From: Octopus sinensis
Taxonomy: Eukaryota
NCBI RefSeq assembly: GCF_006345805.1
Contig: NW_021825095.1
Coordinates: forward strand, 1 to 16,627
DNA length: 16,627 nt
Direction: 5' to 3'
The notes beneath the pieces were generated by a model. It was not told the DNA's origin, ran no database searches, and saw nothing but the letters and a program-made list of their open reading frames with translations. The translations under genes were made by a program, and so were the position numbers. How positions within the stretch are numbered: position 1 is the first letter of the stretch; each line of letters begins with the position of its first letter. Positions 1-9,911 of the stretch are shown here, in pieces.

Positions 1-201
1 AAGAATGAAATGTATTGATTGTCTTATTGAACAAATGAATATGAAAATTAAATATTAAATGCCTATTCTCATGAACTAGTTTACTTCTTGCATTTTAAGC
101 ATTATCAGGTTCAGATTGTATGCTCATGTTAAATATATTTTATATTCAATATGGATTAACATAGAATCAATCGAATTTAGAGAGTTCTTGAAGTCGGTGA
201 G

Positions 202-415
202 TGGTTAGCTGGTAGAAACGTTAGCACGCCGGGTGAAGTACTTAGCGGTATTTCGTCTAACTTTACGTTTTGAGTTTAAATTCCACCGAGGTCGACTTTG
301 CCTTTCATCCTTTCGGGTCAATAAATTAAGTACTGGGTGCGTACTGGGGTTGATCTAGTTTACTGGGGCCCCTCGCCAAAATTTTCGGGCCTTGTACCTA
401 GAGTAGAAAAGAATT
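202..415 (+). mobile_element. tRNA-derived SINE, family A (monomeric copy)
   Basis: Aligns by eye with 10238-10635: agctggtagaaacgttagcacgccggg head, B-box-like gagtttaaattcc, gaggtcgactttgcctttcatcctttcggg core, aaattttcgggccttg tail. Confidence 0.85.
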
Positions 416-444
416 CAGAGGAGTTCGATTTGTGGTAGTTAAAC

Positions 445-666
445 AGTGTTTGTTGTGTGTTGAGTTTTGTTGTTTTTTGTTTTTGTCCCCATATCAATCC
501 TATGTTGGATATCATTCGACCCATAACCAACCTGTTCCTCTCTTGGGCATTGCATATCTCGGTTGACATTATCAAATGTGTCCTTTCCTTCTTAAAACGA
601 CTGGGTGTATGTTCAGGGATATTTCATTGCTATTTCTAGTAAGTCGAGTGACTACGTATAGACGCA
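445..666 (-). mobile_element. Diverged interspersed repeat, family C (SINE-like, AAC-rich tail)
   Basis: Reverse complement (acgtagtcactcgacttactagaaatagcaa...) is similar to 4446-4668 and 4688-4790 and ends in an aac-rich tail. Confidence 0.65.
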
Positions 667-1150
667 TTGTATTTTCGACTCTAATAAATGTGTTTTGAAA
701 TCTTCAAACTATTTTTTATCTTTATAGGTAATTTAATCTGGACTGAACATATCTAATAATACTTGTTTACTTTTGGAGTTTAAAACGAGTATTTCTCCAC
801 TTAATTCACAAATCTAACATTAACACGACATTTCTTTTTTTATTCTTTCTCAAGAAGCACGAACAAAATTCAGATTGGTAACCAGGTTTAAAAAAAAACA
901 ACTGTCTGCATATCGATTATTATTTGTTTTCTCAAGAAGAAACCATCCATCAAACAAACGTGAGAGAAAGATATGAACTGGCTAGAAGGCGAATCGGAAT
1001 TTGAGGCAGTTTCTGATAGCATGTTTCTTAATAAATGATATTTTCTTGAAGGCAATCTAATAGTTGCATGAGAACATAAGAATTACAATTCCAGACGTGG
1101 CGACAAAAATATGCTTTTACATTTTGCAAAACCAGACGTACATACAGTTT

Positions 1151-1308
1151 TGTGGCTAAGTGGTTCGCTTTGCAACCACGTGTCTTCGTGTTCAGTCCAA
1201 CGGCGCAGTACTCTGGTCAAGTGTCTTCAACTATAGCCCCGGGGTCGGGAGATATCTTGTGAATTAATTTGGTATACGGATACTGTGTTGAAGCCGTAGT
1301 GTGTATAC
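1151..1308 (+). mobile_element. Old 5' half of tRNA-derived SINE family B
   Basis: tgtggctaag...gttcagtcc...caagtgtcttcaactatagcc is colinear with 7140-7290. Confidence 0.7.
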
Positions 1309-1385
1309 AAACATACATACCTATATATATCTAATACTTCGTTTTTTTTTAATTTGGCTTGCAAGATTCTTGATGTGAATTGGTG

Positions 1386-1428
1386 TATAGATAGAAAGAT
1401 AAAGAGATAGATAGATATTTAGACAGAC

Positions 1429-1487
<59 letters not shown>
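1386..1487. repeat. (GATA)n microsatellite
   Basis: Tandem agat/agac units read directly. Confidence 0.95.
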
Positions 1488-1521
1488 AGGATGAAACGAT
1501 ATCATACATGGCTACTGTTAT

Positions 1522-1631
1522 GATAATGATAATAATCCTTTCTAATATAGGCCTGAAATCTGTAGGAGGGGGACAGTCAATTACATCGACACCAGTACAC
1601 AACTGGTACTTATTTTATCGACCGCGAAAGG
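1522..1631 (-). mobile_element. 3' fragment of SINE family A
   Basis: Reverse complement cctttcgcggtcgataaaataagtaccagttgtgtactggtgtcgat matches 10531-10577; att-type tail. Confidence 0.75.
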
Positions 1632-1849
1632 TTCGAAGGCACCATATGATGCTCCATATCGTATGCCTACTTAAAGTCAATCCAAGCCATAGACATATTT
1701 GTATGATGTTCTTTACAATGCCTCAAAGAGAGCGCCAGCCTTGACAGCGGCTGGACGTGTTCCTCGCTGCTCTGACCAATCAGCAGTCGAAGACATAGAA
1801 ACATCAATACAACTCAGCAGGACAACAGAAAAATAACTCTCAAAGACTG

Positions 1850-2345
1850 GAATATCTACAATTTTCTGTGAACATTTTAGATTTCCCTCAAAATAAGTTA
1901 AGAAACTTACATATCTACAGTTTTCGAACACACAAACGATCAGCTTAAAAAACTTTAATATCTACAACTTCTGTGAATACCTATCCTTTCCTTTCTCCCT
2001 GAGTATTCGAAAATGTAAACATCCTTTTTATTCTAAGAAGACTATAGTTTTCTCTTTTCGGACATACAAAAGATCATCTTTAGTAAATTTTAAAATTTTA
2101 ATCTCTACAATTTTCTGTGAAAATTTTACCCTCCTCTTTTTTTCTTTCTTCTCTCCCTGAGTATTCGAAAATGTAAACATCCTTTTTATTGCAAAAACAC
2201 TATTGTCTTCTTTAACTGGACATACAAAAGAACATCTCTAGAAAACTTTAAAACTTTAATATCTACAATTTTGTATGACAATTTTATCTTTCTTTTCTCC
2301 CTGGCTACCCGAATTTGTAAACATGCCTTTTATTGCAACAACACA
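1850..2345. repeat. Diverged minisatellite, ~145-160 bp unit, about 3.5 copies
   Basis: ctccctgagtattcgaaaatgtaaacatcctttttatt is identical at 1995 and 2153 with a diverged copy at 2297; aatatctacaa-like motifs recur at ~1852, 1957, 2100, 2258. Confidence 0.85.
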
Positions 2346-2484
2346 ATTAAATGCACGATAAAAAAAAATTAAGGAGCTAACCACCTGCCAATATATACAA
2401 ACGGTACAATTACAAAAACTGTAAACCACAGCAAAACTTATAAAAAGAAAGGGAAGGAAAAAAATTCAACGATGTGAACATTAG

Positions 2485-2505
2485 TATATATATATATATA
2501 TACAC

Positions 2506-2548
<43 letters not shown>

Positions 2549-2560
2549 GATAGAGAGGGA
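2485..2560. repeat. (TA)n(GA)n compound microsatellite
   Basis: Read directly. Confidence 0.95.
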
Positions 2561-2715
2561 GAGAACAAAGTGAATTGCTTCTTTTCAAGGCCAAGGTCAA
2601 TGTTCTCACTGATCGCTCGGAGTAGTAAACACATTTGACCTCCGCTGATCCAAAGGGTGTGAGGCCTCATTTGTCTCCTCTCGCACAGTAACGTCTATTG
2701 CTGACCTCTTCACCA

Positions 2716-2717
2716 TG

Positions 2718-2764
<47 letters not shown>

Positions 2765-2800
2765 GGTGGTGGTTGTAGTTGTTGTAGTAGTAGTAGTAGT
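2716..2800. repeat. (GGT)/(AGT) trinucleotide microsatellite
   Basis: Read directly; explains the poly-V and poly-T ORFs. Confidence 0.95.
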
Positions 2801-3393
2801 CATGTCACTGAATACCGTAGCACATTTTCTGACAGTAATAATGTCTGTTAAAACCATCTTCAGGTTTTTACTTTCTTCAACTGAAGTTTTCAGGTCTCGT
2901 TGGGAGCTTAAAATGCCAGAAAAAGAAACGAAGAAGACCGCATCGTAAACGTGAATTATTCACTGTCTCAAACTACAAACATGCATGATGCATTTAAAAA
3001 ACCTTATACATAAGGTTTTCAATTGCATCATATATATTATACGATGATGATTCGTAAGTCAAGATGAATCCGTTAAGTGGATGCATGTAATATTTGGTAA
3101 AGGATGAAGGAAAGCGAAAGCGAAATGAATAGAGACATGTGTACTTATGCTTTGAGAATAACAGAGAGGGACTTAAGAAGAAAAGTTTAAATGACAGATA
3201 TTTCAGGAACATCATTATTGATGATGATATTACGCATCTGTAAAAGATCGATCGACGTTGCCTGCTTTTCAGCTGCCAAGTAAAATAGACTGTAAATATG
3301 GTTACATCTCAATGCAGTCTTTTAACTGAAGAACTTGTCGAAGACAATTCTTTCCACGGTGGTTACATTTAGCGTTTGTTTTTTTGTTTTTTT

Positions 3394-3701
3394 TTACTTG
3401 CTTCAGTCATTGGACTGTGGCCATGCTGGAGCACCGCTTTGAAGGGTTTTAGTCGGGGGGAAAAACCTGCCCATCCCCGTACCTGTTTTCCTTTTTTTTA
3501 TGTATGGTACTTATTCTGTCTGTCTCTTTCAGTGAACCGCTAGGTCCTGAGGAGGTAGACAAAACAACACCAGTAGTTAAGCATTGTTGAGATACGCACT
3601 CACACATACACACATACGCAGCACACACATACGCACACATATTCACACACCTATATATATATGTGTGTGTATGTGTATATATATGCGTGTGTGTATATAT
3701 A

Positions 3702-3732
<31 letters not shown>

Positions 3733-4203
3733 GTATATATATATATGTATACAGGGGTTGGACAAAATAATGGAAACACCTTAAAATTTCAAACAAATTA
3801 TTTTAATATAGGGTAGGACTATCTTAGGCAGTAATTACAACTTGAATTCTACGAGGTATGGACTCGTACAAAATCTGAATTGTTTCCAAAGGAATTTTTG
3901 TCCATTCTTCAGCTAAAACAGTCTCCAGTTCTTGTAGTGATGATGGTGGAGGATATCGACTCCTTACTTGTTTTTCTAAAATGCTCATTAAATGTTCAAT
4001 AATATTGAAATCTGGGGACTGTGGTGGCCAGATAAGATGTATATATACGACGGGCTTCCACGCAGTTTCCGTCTACCAAACACTCACGAGACATTGGTTG
4101 ACCCGGGTTTACAGTATAAGACTGTTAGTTAAGGTGCCGTGCAGTGGGACTGAACCCGAAATCGCGTGGTTGCAAAGCGAGCTTCCTAACTACATAGCAT
4201 GAC
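3394..4203 (-). mobile_element. SINE family B, diverged, interrupted by a Tc1 fragment in its internal microsatellite
   Basis: 3394-3590 matches the 3' half (gactgtggccatgctggagcaccgc) and 4040-4203 the 5' half (gcagtgggactgaaccc) of 7127-7534 in reverse. Confidence 0.8.
3752..4039 (-). mobile_element. Tc1-family DNA transposon remnant: one TIR plus transposase C-terminus (pseudogenised)
   Basis: TA|CAGGGGTTGGACAAAATAATGGAAACACC terminus. Minus frame 4039-3803 reads HLIWPPQSPDFNIIEHLMSILEKQVRSRYPPPSSLQELETVLAEEWTKIPLETIQILYESIPRRIQVVITA*DSPTLY*, containing the Tc1 WPxxSPDLNxIE-type motif and one in-frame stop. Confidence 0.92.
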
Positions 4204-4445
4204 CATTTGTTTGTTTATTTTTTGAGAAGGGGGTGTTTTTGTTTTTGTTTTTTTTTTGTTTGTTTATTTTTCGTTTGTTATGTTTTGTTTTTTTGCAGCG
4301 AAATTCTTCCATTGTTCAGCCATTTTTATTGTTGTGAAAGAGTAAATAATAAGTTGTTCTGATCCCTGGTTTCTTCTAATGTTATCGATTTCTGTGATTA
4401 AGTATTGATTTCTTACATACCACTACTGCCTAATAATATAACAAA

Positions 4446-4668
4446 TCAATGAAGGAGCCTCTACGTCGACGCTCGATCTGCTAGAAATAACAGCCAAATA
4501 TCTCTCAAATCACTCCCTACTGTCTTATAAAAGGAAATACATGCTGAATGGAGTAATTCTAGATACACTATGCCAGAAAAGGAAGGCGAGATGGTCACGG
4601 TTAGAAATCTTCGATCAAAGGTCTTCTCGATTAGGACTGATCCAAGGTAAAACAATAACATCAACAAG
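4446..4668 (+). mobile_element. Interspersed repeat family C copy
   Basis: ctcgatctgctagaaataacagccaaatatctctcaaatcac motif shared with 4713-4750 and reverse of 610-655; aac-rich tail. Confidence 0.65.
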
Positions 4669-4687
4669 ATCTAATATCTCTATGAGT

Positions 4688-4826
4688 CACTGAAGAAGCC
4701 TTTACGTGGTCACTCGACCTGCTAGGAATAGCAACCAAATTCCCCTCAAATTATACTTTACTATATTTAGAAAGTAAAGAATTACGTTGGATACTTTACT
4801 ATATTTAGAAAGTAAAGAACTACGTT
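4688..4826 (+). mobile_element. Truncated family C copy ending in a 38-bp-period tandem duplication
   Basis: cactcgacctgctaggaatagcaaccaaat motif; atactttactatatttagaaagtaaagaa(t/c)tacgtt at 4753 and 4791. Confidence 0.65.
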
Positions 4827-4999
4827 CCAAGTTTAAATTTGGGCATTCGTCGTGTGTGAATATAGAATTGAAGAGATTGGAGTCAAGAAGAAGAGGTACG
4901 GTTGGACATTTATCTATTATTCACTATAATTGTTTCGACGCAACGTGGTTCTCCAGGAACAAAGTATTTGATTATGCAACTGTTTGTTTGCATAATGAG

Positions 5000-5292
5000 A
5001 TCTTGTGTTTCCTCAGGCGATATACGTGTGTTGTCTCCGTTAGTTTAAAATCGTCGATTTCACGGCTATCTTCTCTTTTCGTTGTGGTTTGAATTTAGTA
5101 GCGGCTAAATGCCAGCCAGCACCATTTATTACCATTCATAACAGTCCGACAAATGCGATCTTGTGGCACACACCATGGGTCTATCAGCCGATACTAAATT
5201 CAAACCACGGCGAACAGAGACGATGGCCTTGAAGTCGACGATTTTAAACTAACGGAGACAACACTCGTATATCACCTGACGAAACACTAGAT
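5000..5292. mobile_element. Foldback/MITE-like element with ~110-bp imperfect inverted arms
   Basis: 5000-5110 is the reverse complement of 5181-5292 (e.g. gtgttgtctccgttagtttaaaatcgtcga / tcgacgattttaaactaacggagacaacac); ~70-bp spacer; no clear TSD. Confidence 0.8.
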
Positions 5293-5604
5293 TATATTAA
5301 ATATAATCACCTACTTAAATGATATTGAGATCTACTTTTGTTGTTACACACGTGGTTTGTCGGTATATGTGTGTGAGGGGGAGGCTGTGAGTGTGGTGTG
5401 TGTGTGTGTGTGTGTGTGTTATAATAAAAACAATTTTACATTAACTTGAAGGTTTACTCAATACATTTTGTCGAGTACAAATTTATTATTCTTTAATAAG
5501 AATAGTACTGACAGTAACTTCGAAGTTTCTGTCTGTTTAGCTATATATATCACGTAGATTTGAGAAAGATTACGGCAGCCATTAGATTCCTTTTCTGTCT
5601 TTTT

Positions 5605-5725
5605 TAAAATATAAATAAAAAATAAAAATAAAATAAATAATAAAAAAATATAAATAAATAAATAAAAATAATAAATAAAATAAAATAAAAAAATTAAATT
5701 AAAATAAAAAATAAATAAAAATACA
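5605..5725. repeat. A-rich (AAATA)-like low-complexity tract
   Basis: Read directly. Confidence 0.9.
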
Positions 5726-5944
5726 AAGTAGTATTTCGAATCAGAACCACTGAGGGTCCAGGCCTATAATGGACATGGTTCAGTCCCTGAGCAAGGTCCG
5801 AGATGCCAATAAGAAGCCCATGAACATTTCACAGGCCAATTTCTATCCAAATTATCACAGCTTTATTGCAGCCCGAAGATTAGTCTTGTTCCGCTTGGCA
5901 ACAATTCTCTTGAAGACTCTGCAGAGAACTGTATTTGCCAGTTG

Positions 5945-5958
5945 GTTGCTATGGAAAC
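5945..5958. promoter_or_regulatory. Candidate RFX X-box motif GTTGCTATGGAAAC
   Basis: Fits the 14-bp imperfect palindromic X-box consensus and lies in a non-repeat island with CCAAT boxes at 5806 and 5836; function unshown. Confidence 0.35.
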
Positions 5959-6825
5959 CAGGATAATAACACACATAAAACTCCTTCACCGTGGACACGG
6001 CGTTGCAACAGTTGCTGTTGTTGATGTTGTTTTTGTTATTGTTCTTCTTCTTCTTTTTCTTAAATACAATCGTTTTTTTTTTTTAATCTAATAAATGATG
6101 TAATAATATCACCGTTTATATGTTACACATTGTCTTTATTAAGAACGAAATCATGCGGTATAACTTCTGATGTCTTATGACAAATTTTCAACACTAAGCA
6201 GCTCTGTATATGTATGATTTATAATCTTTTTCTTGTAACATTTTATAACATTTTCCAATGATTTACAACCCCCAGTTTTTTGGTTTTTCTCAAATAGAGA
6301 ACAACAGTTAGCCGAAGTAATTGAGTATCGGCTTCCTTTTGGTGCCTGCTCGGTTGTTATGCTTTGTATGTTTTATGTTTAACACGTATGCCTTATTTGA
6401 GTTTGCTATGCTAATATTACTTTTAAAAACAAAAACAAACTTATTGACAGGTTTTATTAAAATATTTCCCCGAAAAACAACAAGAATCCTAAACAGCAAA
6501 TTGTTTTAACCAATAACAAAAATGCTAACACAGGAACGTATTCTAGCGAGTGATTCGATCGGTATTCGGTTGTTTAATTAAAACTGTTGCCCAGTGAGGG
6601 ACGTCAGGGAACGATCGTTACTCTAGCGTGTAACAAATGAAGCGAAGATGAGAGAGGCGAGGGAGAGGGAATGGGGGGGGGGGGATGTAGAAAACTCATA
6701 TTGTTTGTTGTGGCATACAAACAATCAATAAATACTTACTGCAGTAAAATCCATGATTGCAATAACACGAATGGAAGTTGTGTGATAGGAGAATGTGGTT
6801 TTAATAGTACTGATGGTTCTTTAAC

Positions 6826-6880
6826 ACTTTTGCTGATTTCAGCGACTGGACTGCGGCCATGCTGGAACACTGCCTTCAAG
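6826..6880 (-). mobile_element. Short 3' fragment of SINE family B
   Basis: gactgcggccatgctggaacactgcctt matches the reverse of 7476-7503. Confidence 0.65.
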
Positions 6881-7033
6881 AGCGCCATGTCGGCACTCAG
6901 TACTATTTAATTGATTTCTATTTATCGAAGTGCTTGGGTTATGGGACATAGAAAGGCACGTTATAAACAAAACATCGGTTTTCATTGTAGGATAAGGCAA
7001 GAGCACACACATACATGTAATACACACAAGCAC

Positions 7034-7069
<36 letters not shown>

Positions 7070-7126
7070 TTCATTGTTCAGTTTTATTTCAAGATTTCTT
7101 GCCAATACAGAAAGAGCCGGTTTCTA

Positions 7127-7534
7127 GGCGTAGGAGTGGCTGTGTGGTAAGTAGCTTGCTAACCAGCGACATGGTTCCGGGTTCAGTCCCACTGCGTGGC
7201 ATCTTGGGCAAGTGTCTTCTGCTATAGCCTCGGGCCGACCAAAGCCTTGTGAGTGGATTTGGTAGACGGAAACTGAAAGAAGCCTGTCGTATATATGTAT
7301 ATTTATATGTGTGTGTGTGTGTATGTTTGTGTGTCTGTGTTTGTCCCCCTAGCATTGCTTGACAACCGATGCTGGTGTGTTTACGTCCCCGTCACTTAGC
7401 GGTTCGGCAAAAGAGACCGATAGAATAAGTACTGGGCTTACAAAGAATAAGTCCCGGGGTCGAGTTGCTCGACTAAAGGCGGGGCTCCAGCATGGCCGCA
7501 GTCAAATGACTGAAACATGTAAAGAGTAAAGAGT
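7127..7534 (+). mobile_element. Full-length tRNA-derived SINE family B
   Basis: A box tggctgtgtgg, B box ggttcagtccc, internal (TG)n, (taaagag)2 tail; several homologous copies in the window. Confidence 0.9.
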
Positions 7535-7563
7535 TCCTTCATTGGAATTTCATCAACAACATC

Positions 7564-7746
7564 CGTTCAAGAATTTGAACCTGGAGATCTCCATTTCCAG
7601 CGACTTCGAGGGCCACCTCCCAGTGGTGTCGGGCGTCAACGAAGAGCCCTCGACTACAACAAAACGACCAAAGTTGTTTTTTTTCCAAGGTCTGGGGTCA
7701 CCTAGACCATCACCTAATCACCCTTACCCGTCTTGTTGCTTAACAA
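7564..7746 (+). mobile_element. Small retroposed insert with short (AAC)n tail and 10-bp TSD
   Basis: caacaacatc at 7554-7563 and 7747-7756; absent from the paralogous site in 8256-8357; hairpin ggtctggg/cctagacc near the 3' end. Confidence 0.65.
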
Positions 7747-8255
7747 CAACAACATCAACAACAGGGTATGTATGTATGTATGTATGTATGTATGTATCTA
7801 TGTATGTATATGTGCACTTTTGCATGTTTTGCTTTATGCATGTATTCTCATGCATATAGTTGCATATCTAGACACGCTCATATATATTTAAATGCTGAAC
7901 TCCTGGAAAGTTTTGCAGATTTTTACAGTTCCAGTGATGGATTCGATCTGTAGTCTTCGAATTAGCTTTCTCCTTTCTGGTTTTGAGCAGCCTAATTTCT
8001 CAAGATTAGTATTTAGGCAGTGTGTTACATATCCCAGAGCCCCAATAATTACAGGTATAAACTTGAACTTATAATCTGGATAGAGTAACTGCAGAATACT
8101 TAATAGTTCAGCATAGATGTTCTCTTTTCCACTGATCTTCAGCTTTATGTTAACATCCGCTGGGCAGTTGATTTCCACAACTGTGTAGTTTCTCTTCTCT
8201 ATCCCAAATCATTATACCAGGTCTGTTTTGTATGTATATATGTATGTATGTATGT

Positions 8256-8357
8256 CATTATTCAGTTTATTTCAAGATTTCTTGCCAATAGAGAAAGAAC
8301 CGGTTTCTAACCTAGATCCAAGACTCCTTCATTGGAATTTCAACATCAACAACAGGG
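8256..8357 (-). mobile_element. 3' terminus of a second copy of the same R4/Dong-like family, followed by a (CATA)n tract at 8230-8255
   Basis: Near-identical to 7068-7126 joined to 7535-7560 and 7750-7766. Confidence 0.7.
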
Positions 8358-8389
8358 AATTTTTGTATGCCTGTATGTATTATATGCAG

Positions 8390-8753
8390 GATAGCCACAT
8401 AACTGGTCTTAGAAAGTTTTGTAGGTTCCCCGCTACGTCTGCGTGTTAGAATCAAGCGACAATGTTTGGTGTCGTACGTTAAGGCTGACGCGGTTGACTG
8501 AACAAATCAAAATATACTATCACGTGACGCTAACGCATGGACGTAGCAGGAAACGTACAAAGGGTTATAAACTTGATCACGTGTTCATTCTCTACAAACA
8601 CTTGACAGGAAACATTCAGAGCATTGATTGTTTGGACTTGTTCAGTCAACCGTGTCAGCCTTAACTTACGACGCCAAACATTGTCACTTGATACTAAAAC
8701 ACAGACGTAGCGGGGTACCTATAAAATTTTTTCAGATCAGTCATGTGACTATC
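8390..8753. mobile_element. Foldback/MITE-like element with ~125-bp imperfect inverted arms
   Basis: 8390-8513 is the reverse complement of ~8628-8753 (e.g. ccccgctacgtctg / cagacgtagcgggg; cggttgactgaacaa / ttgttcagtcaaccg). Confidence 0.85.
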
Positions 8754-9223
8754 TTCTACCTATAAAATCCTATTCAAAACATACTAATTTGAGCCATGAA
8801 CTCCCTATAAAAATAGGGCAAAACTTCAAACACTAGTCAGAAGCGAGACAGCTGCGACATAAGCCACGTTTTTCTATTTCAACTTTTTGAAAATCAGTGT
8901 AAACTATGAAACCGGTTAAATATTCAAACAATTTAATAAAAAAATAATTTAACTATTTTCAGTGCATTTTCAACTTTTATTTTACCTTTATTTCTAACTC
9001 GTGTGGAATAAAATATCTTTGTTTTCTTTATACATATATAGATAGATAGATCGTTAGCCACTACACACATTTTTTTCTCTCCTTGTTTTTTTCTGTGTCC
9101 CTTTCTGTAGAAGAGCGAAGGCTCGAATCGTAAAAGACTTTTTCTACTCCTGAGCGTTATACTAATACATCTGTTTGTTTTGTACACCACCTGTCTTCGT
9201 CTTGTGTTTTTTTCGTAAACTCT

Positions 9224-9226
<3 letters not shown>

Positions 9227-9292
<66 letters not shown>

Positions 9293-9359
9293 ATATTGTT
9301 CACAGACTTAGAATATTTAATAATGAGCTCCTAGTCTCTCACTCTCTCTCTCTCTCTCT

Positions 9360-9394
<35 letters not shown>
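9227..9394. repeat. Two (TA)n tracts plus (CT)n
   Basis: Read directly. Confidence 0.9.
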
Positions 9395-9395
<1 letters not shown>

Positions 9396-9911
9396 TAGCA
9401 GTATCGCCCGGCGTTGCTCGGGTGTAAGGGAAGTAACTATATAAGCATTTTTAGAGAGTTACTTCCTTTATAGATGCCAATTCGGGCTTTCTTGGCCATT
9501 TCTGTTTTGGTGTCTTCAAGTCATTAAGTCGTTGTTCTAAAAGAACGCTGGTCTCCTTGACAACGCATTACGACGTTGATTTCCTTAAACTCCCTTCCCC
9601 ACAGCTTCACGAGGGAGGGAAGAAGGGGGAGAAGCAAACACAGGTGCAGGTGTTTGAGCGTGGACGCCAACTCCGCCGCCATCGACACACGAAAAATTAT
9701 GCATTAAAATGGAATAAAAAAAATGATGTTAAATTATTTTTTAAATCGTAGACTCATCGTAGACGCGCGCTAATAGCCAGATGGGTTTGATATTAATCAC
9801 GACTATAAGATACCCGAATTTGGTTAAACTGCACCGCAAAATGTGGGAGGAGTTAGGAATCTAAATCGTAGGAGACAGACACTCACACAACTACAGTTTT
9901 ATATATATAGA
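9395..9911 (-). mobile_element. Non-autonomous Helitron
   Basis: Minus strand starts A|TCTATATATATAAAA and ends with GC hairpin cccgagcaacgccggg (9407-9422), 8 nt, then CTAG|T; A/T insertion site with no TSD. The 5' end could also be 9921 because the terminal motif repeats. Confidence 0.88.

Larger units (their letters stand above)
7068..8228 (-). mobile_element. 5'-truncated RLE non-LTR retrotransposon (R4/Dong-like) whose long 3' UTR carries two nested insertions
   Basis: Minus strand 8228-7888 reads NRPGIMIWDREEKL/frameshift/TVVEINCPADVNIKLKISGKENIYAELL...FIPVIIGALG...; this is the RLE pattern (PD..E...K..KY, PxxIGALG) with PD decayed to PG. Pieces at 7068-7126, 7535-7563 and 7747-7766 match the uninterrupted 8256-8357 copy. 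Confidence 0.82.

Noticed and set aside
2606-2948. Poly-T and poly-V ORFs and similar homopolymer ORFs elsewhere
   Set aside because: Translations of microsatellites.
5273-5288. CTGACGAAAC as a hammerhead core
   Set aside because: No stem II between the boxes; it is part of a foldback arm.
5769-5966. 65-aa ORF or coding exon
   Set aside because: No recognisable domain or convincing splice pair; cannot be fully excluded without RNA-seq.
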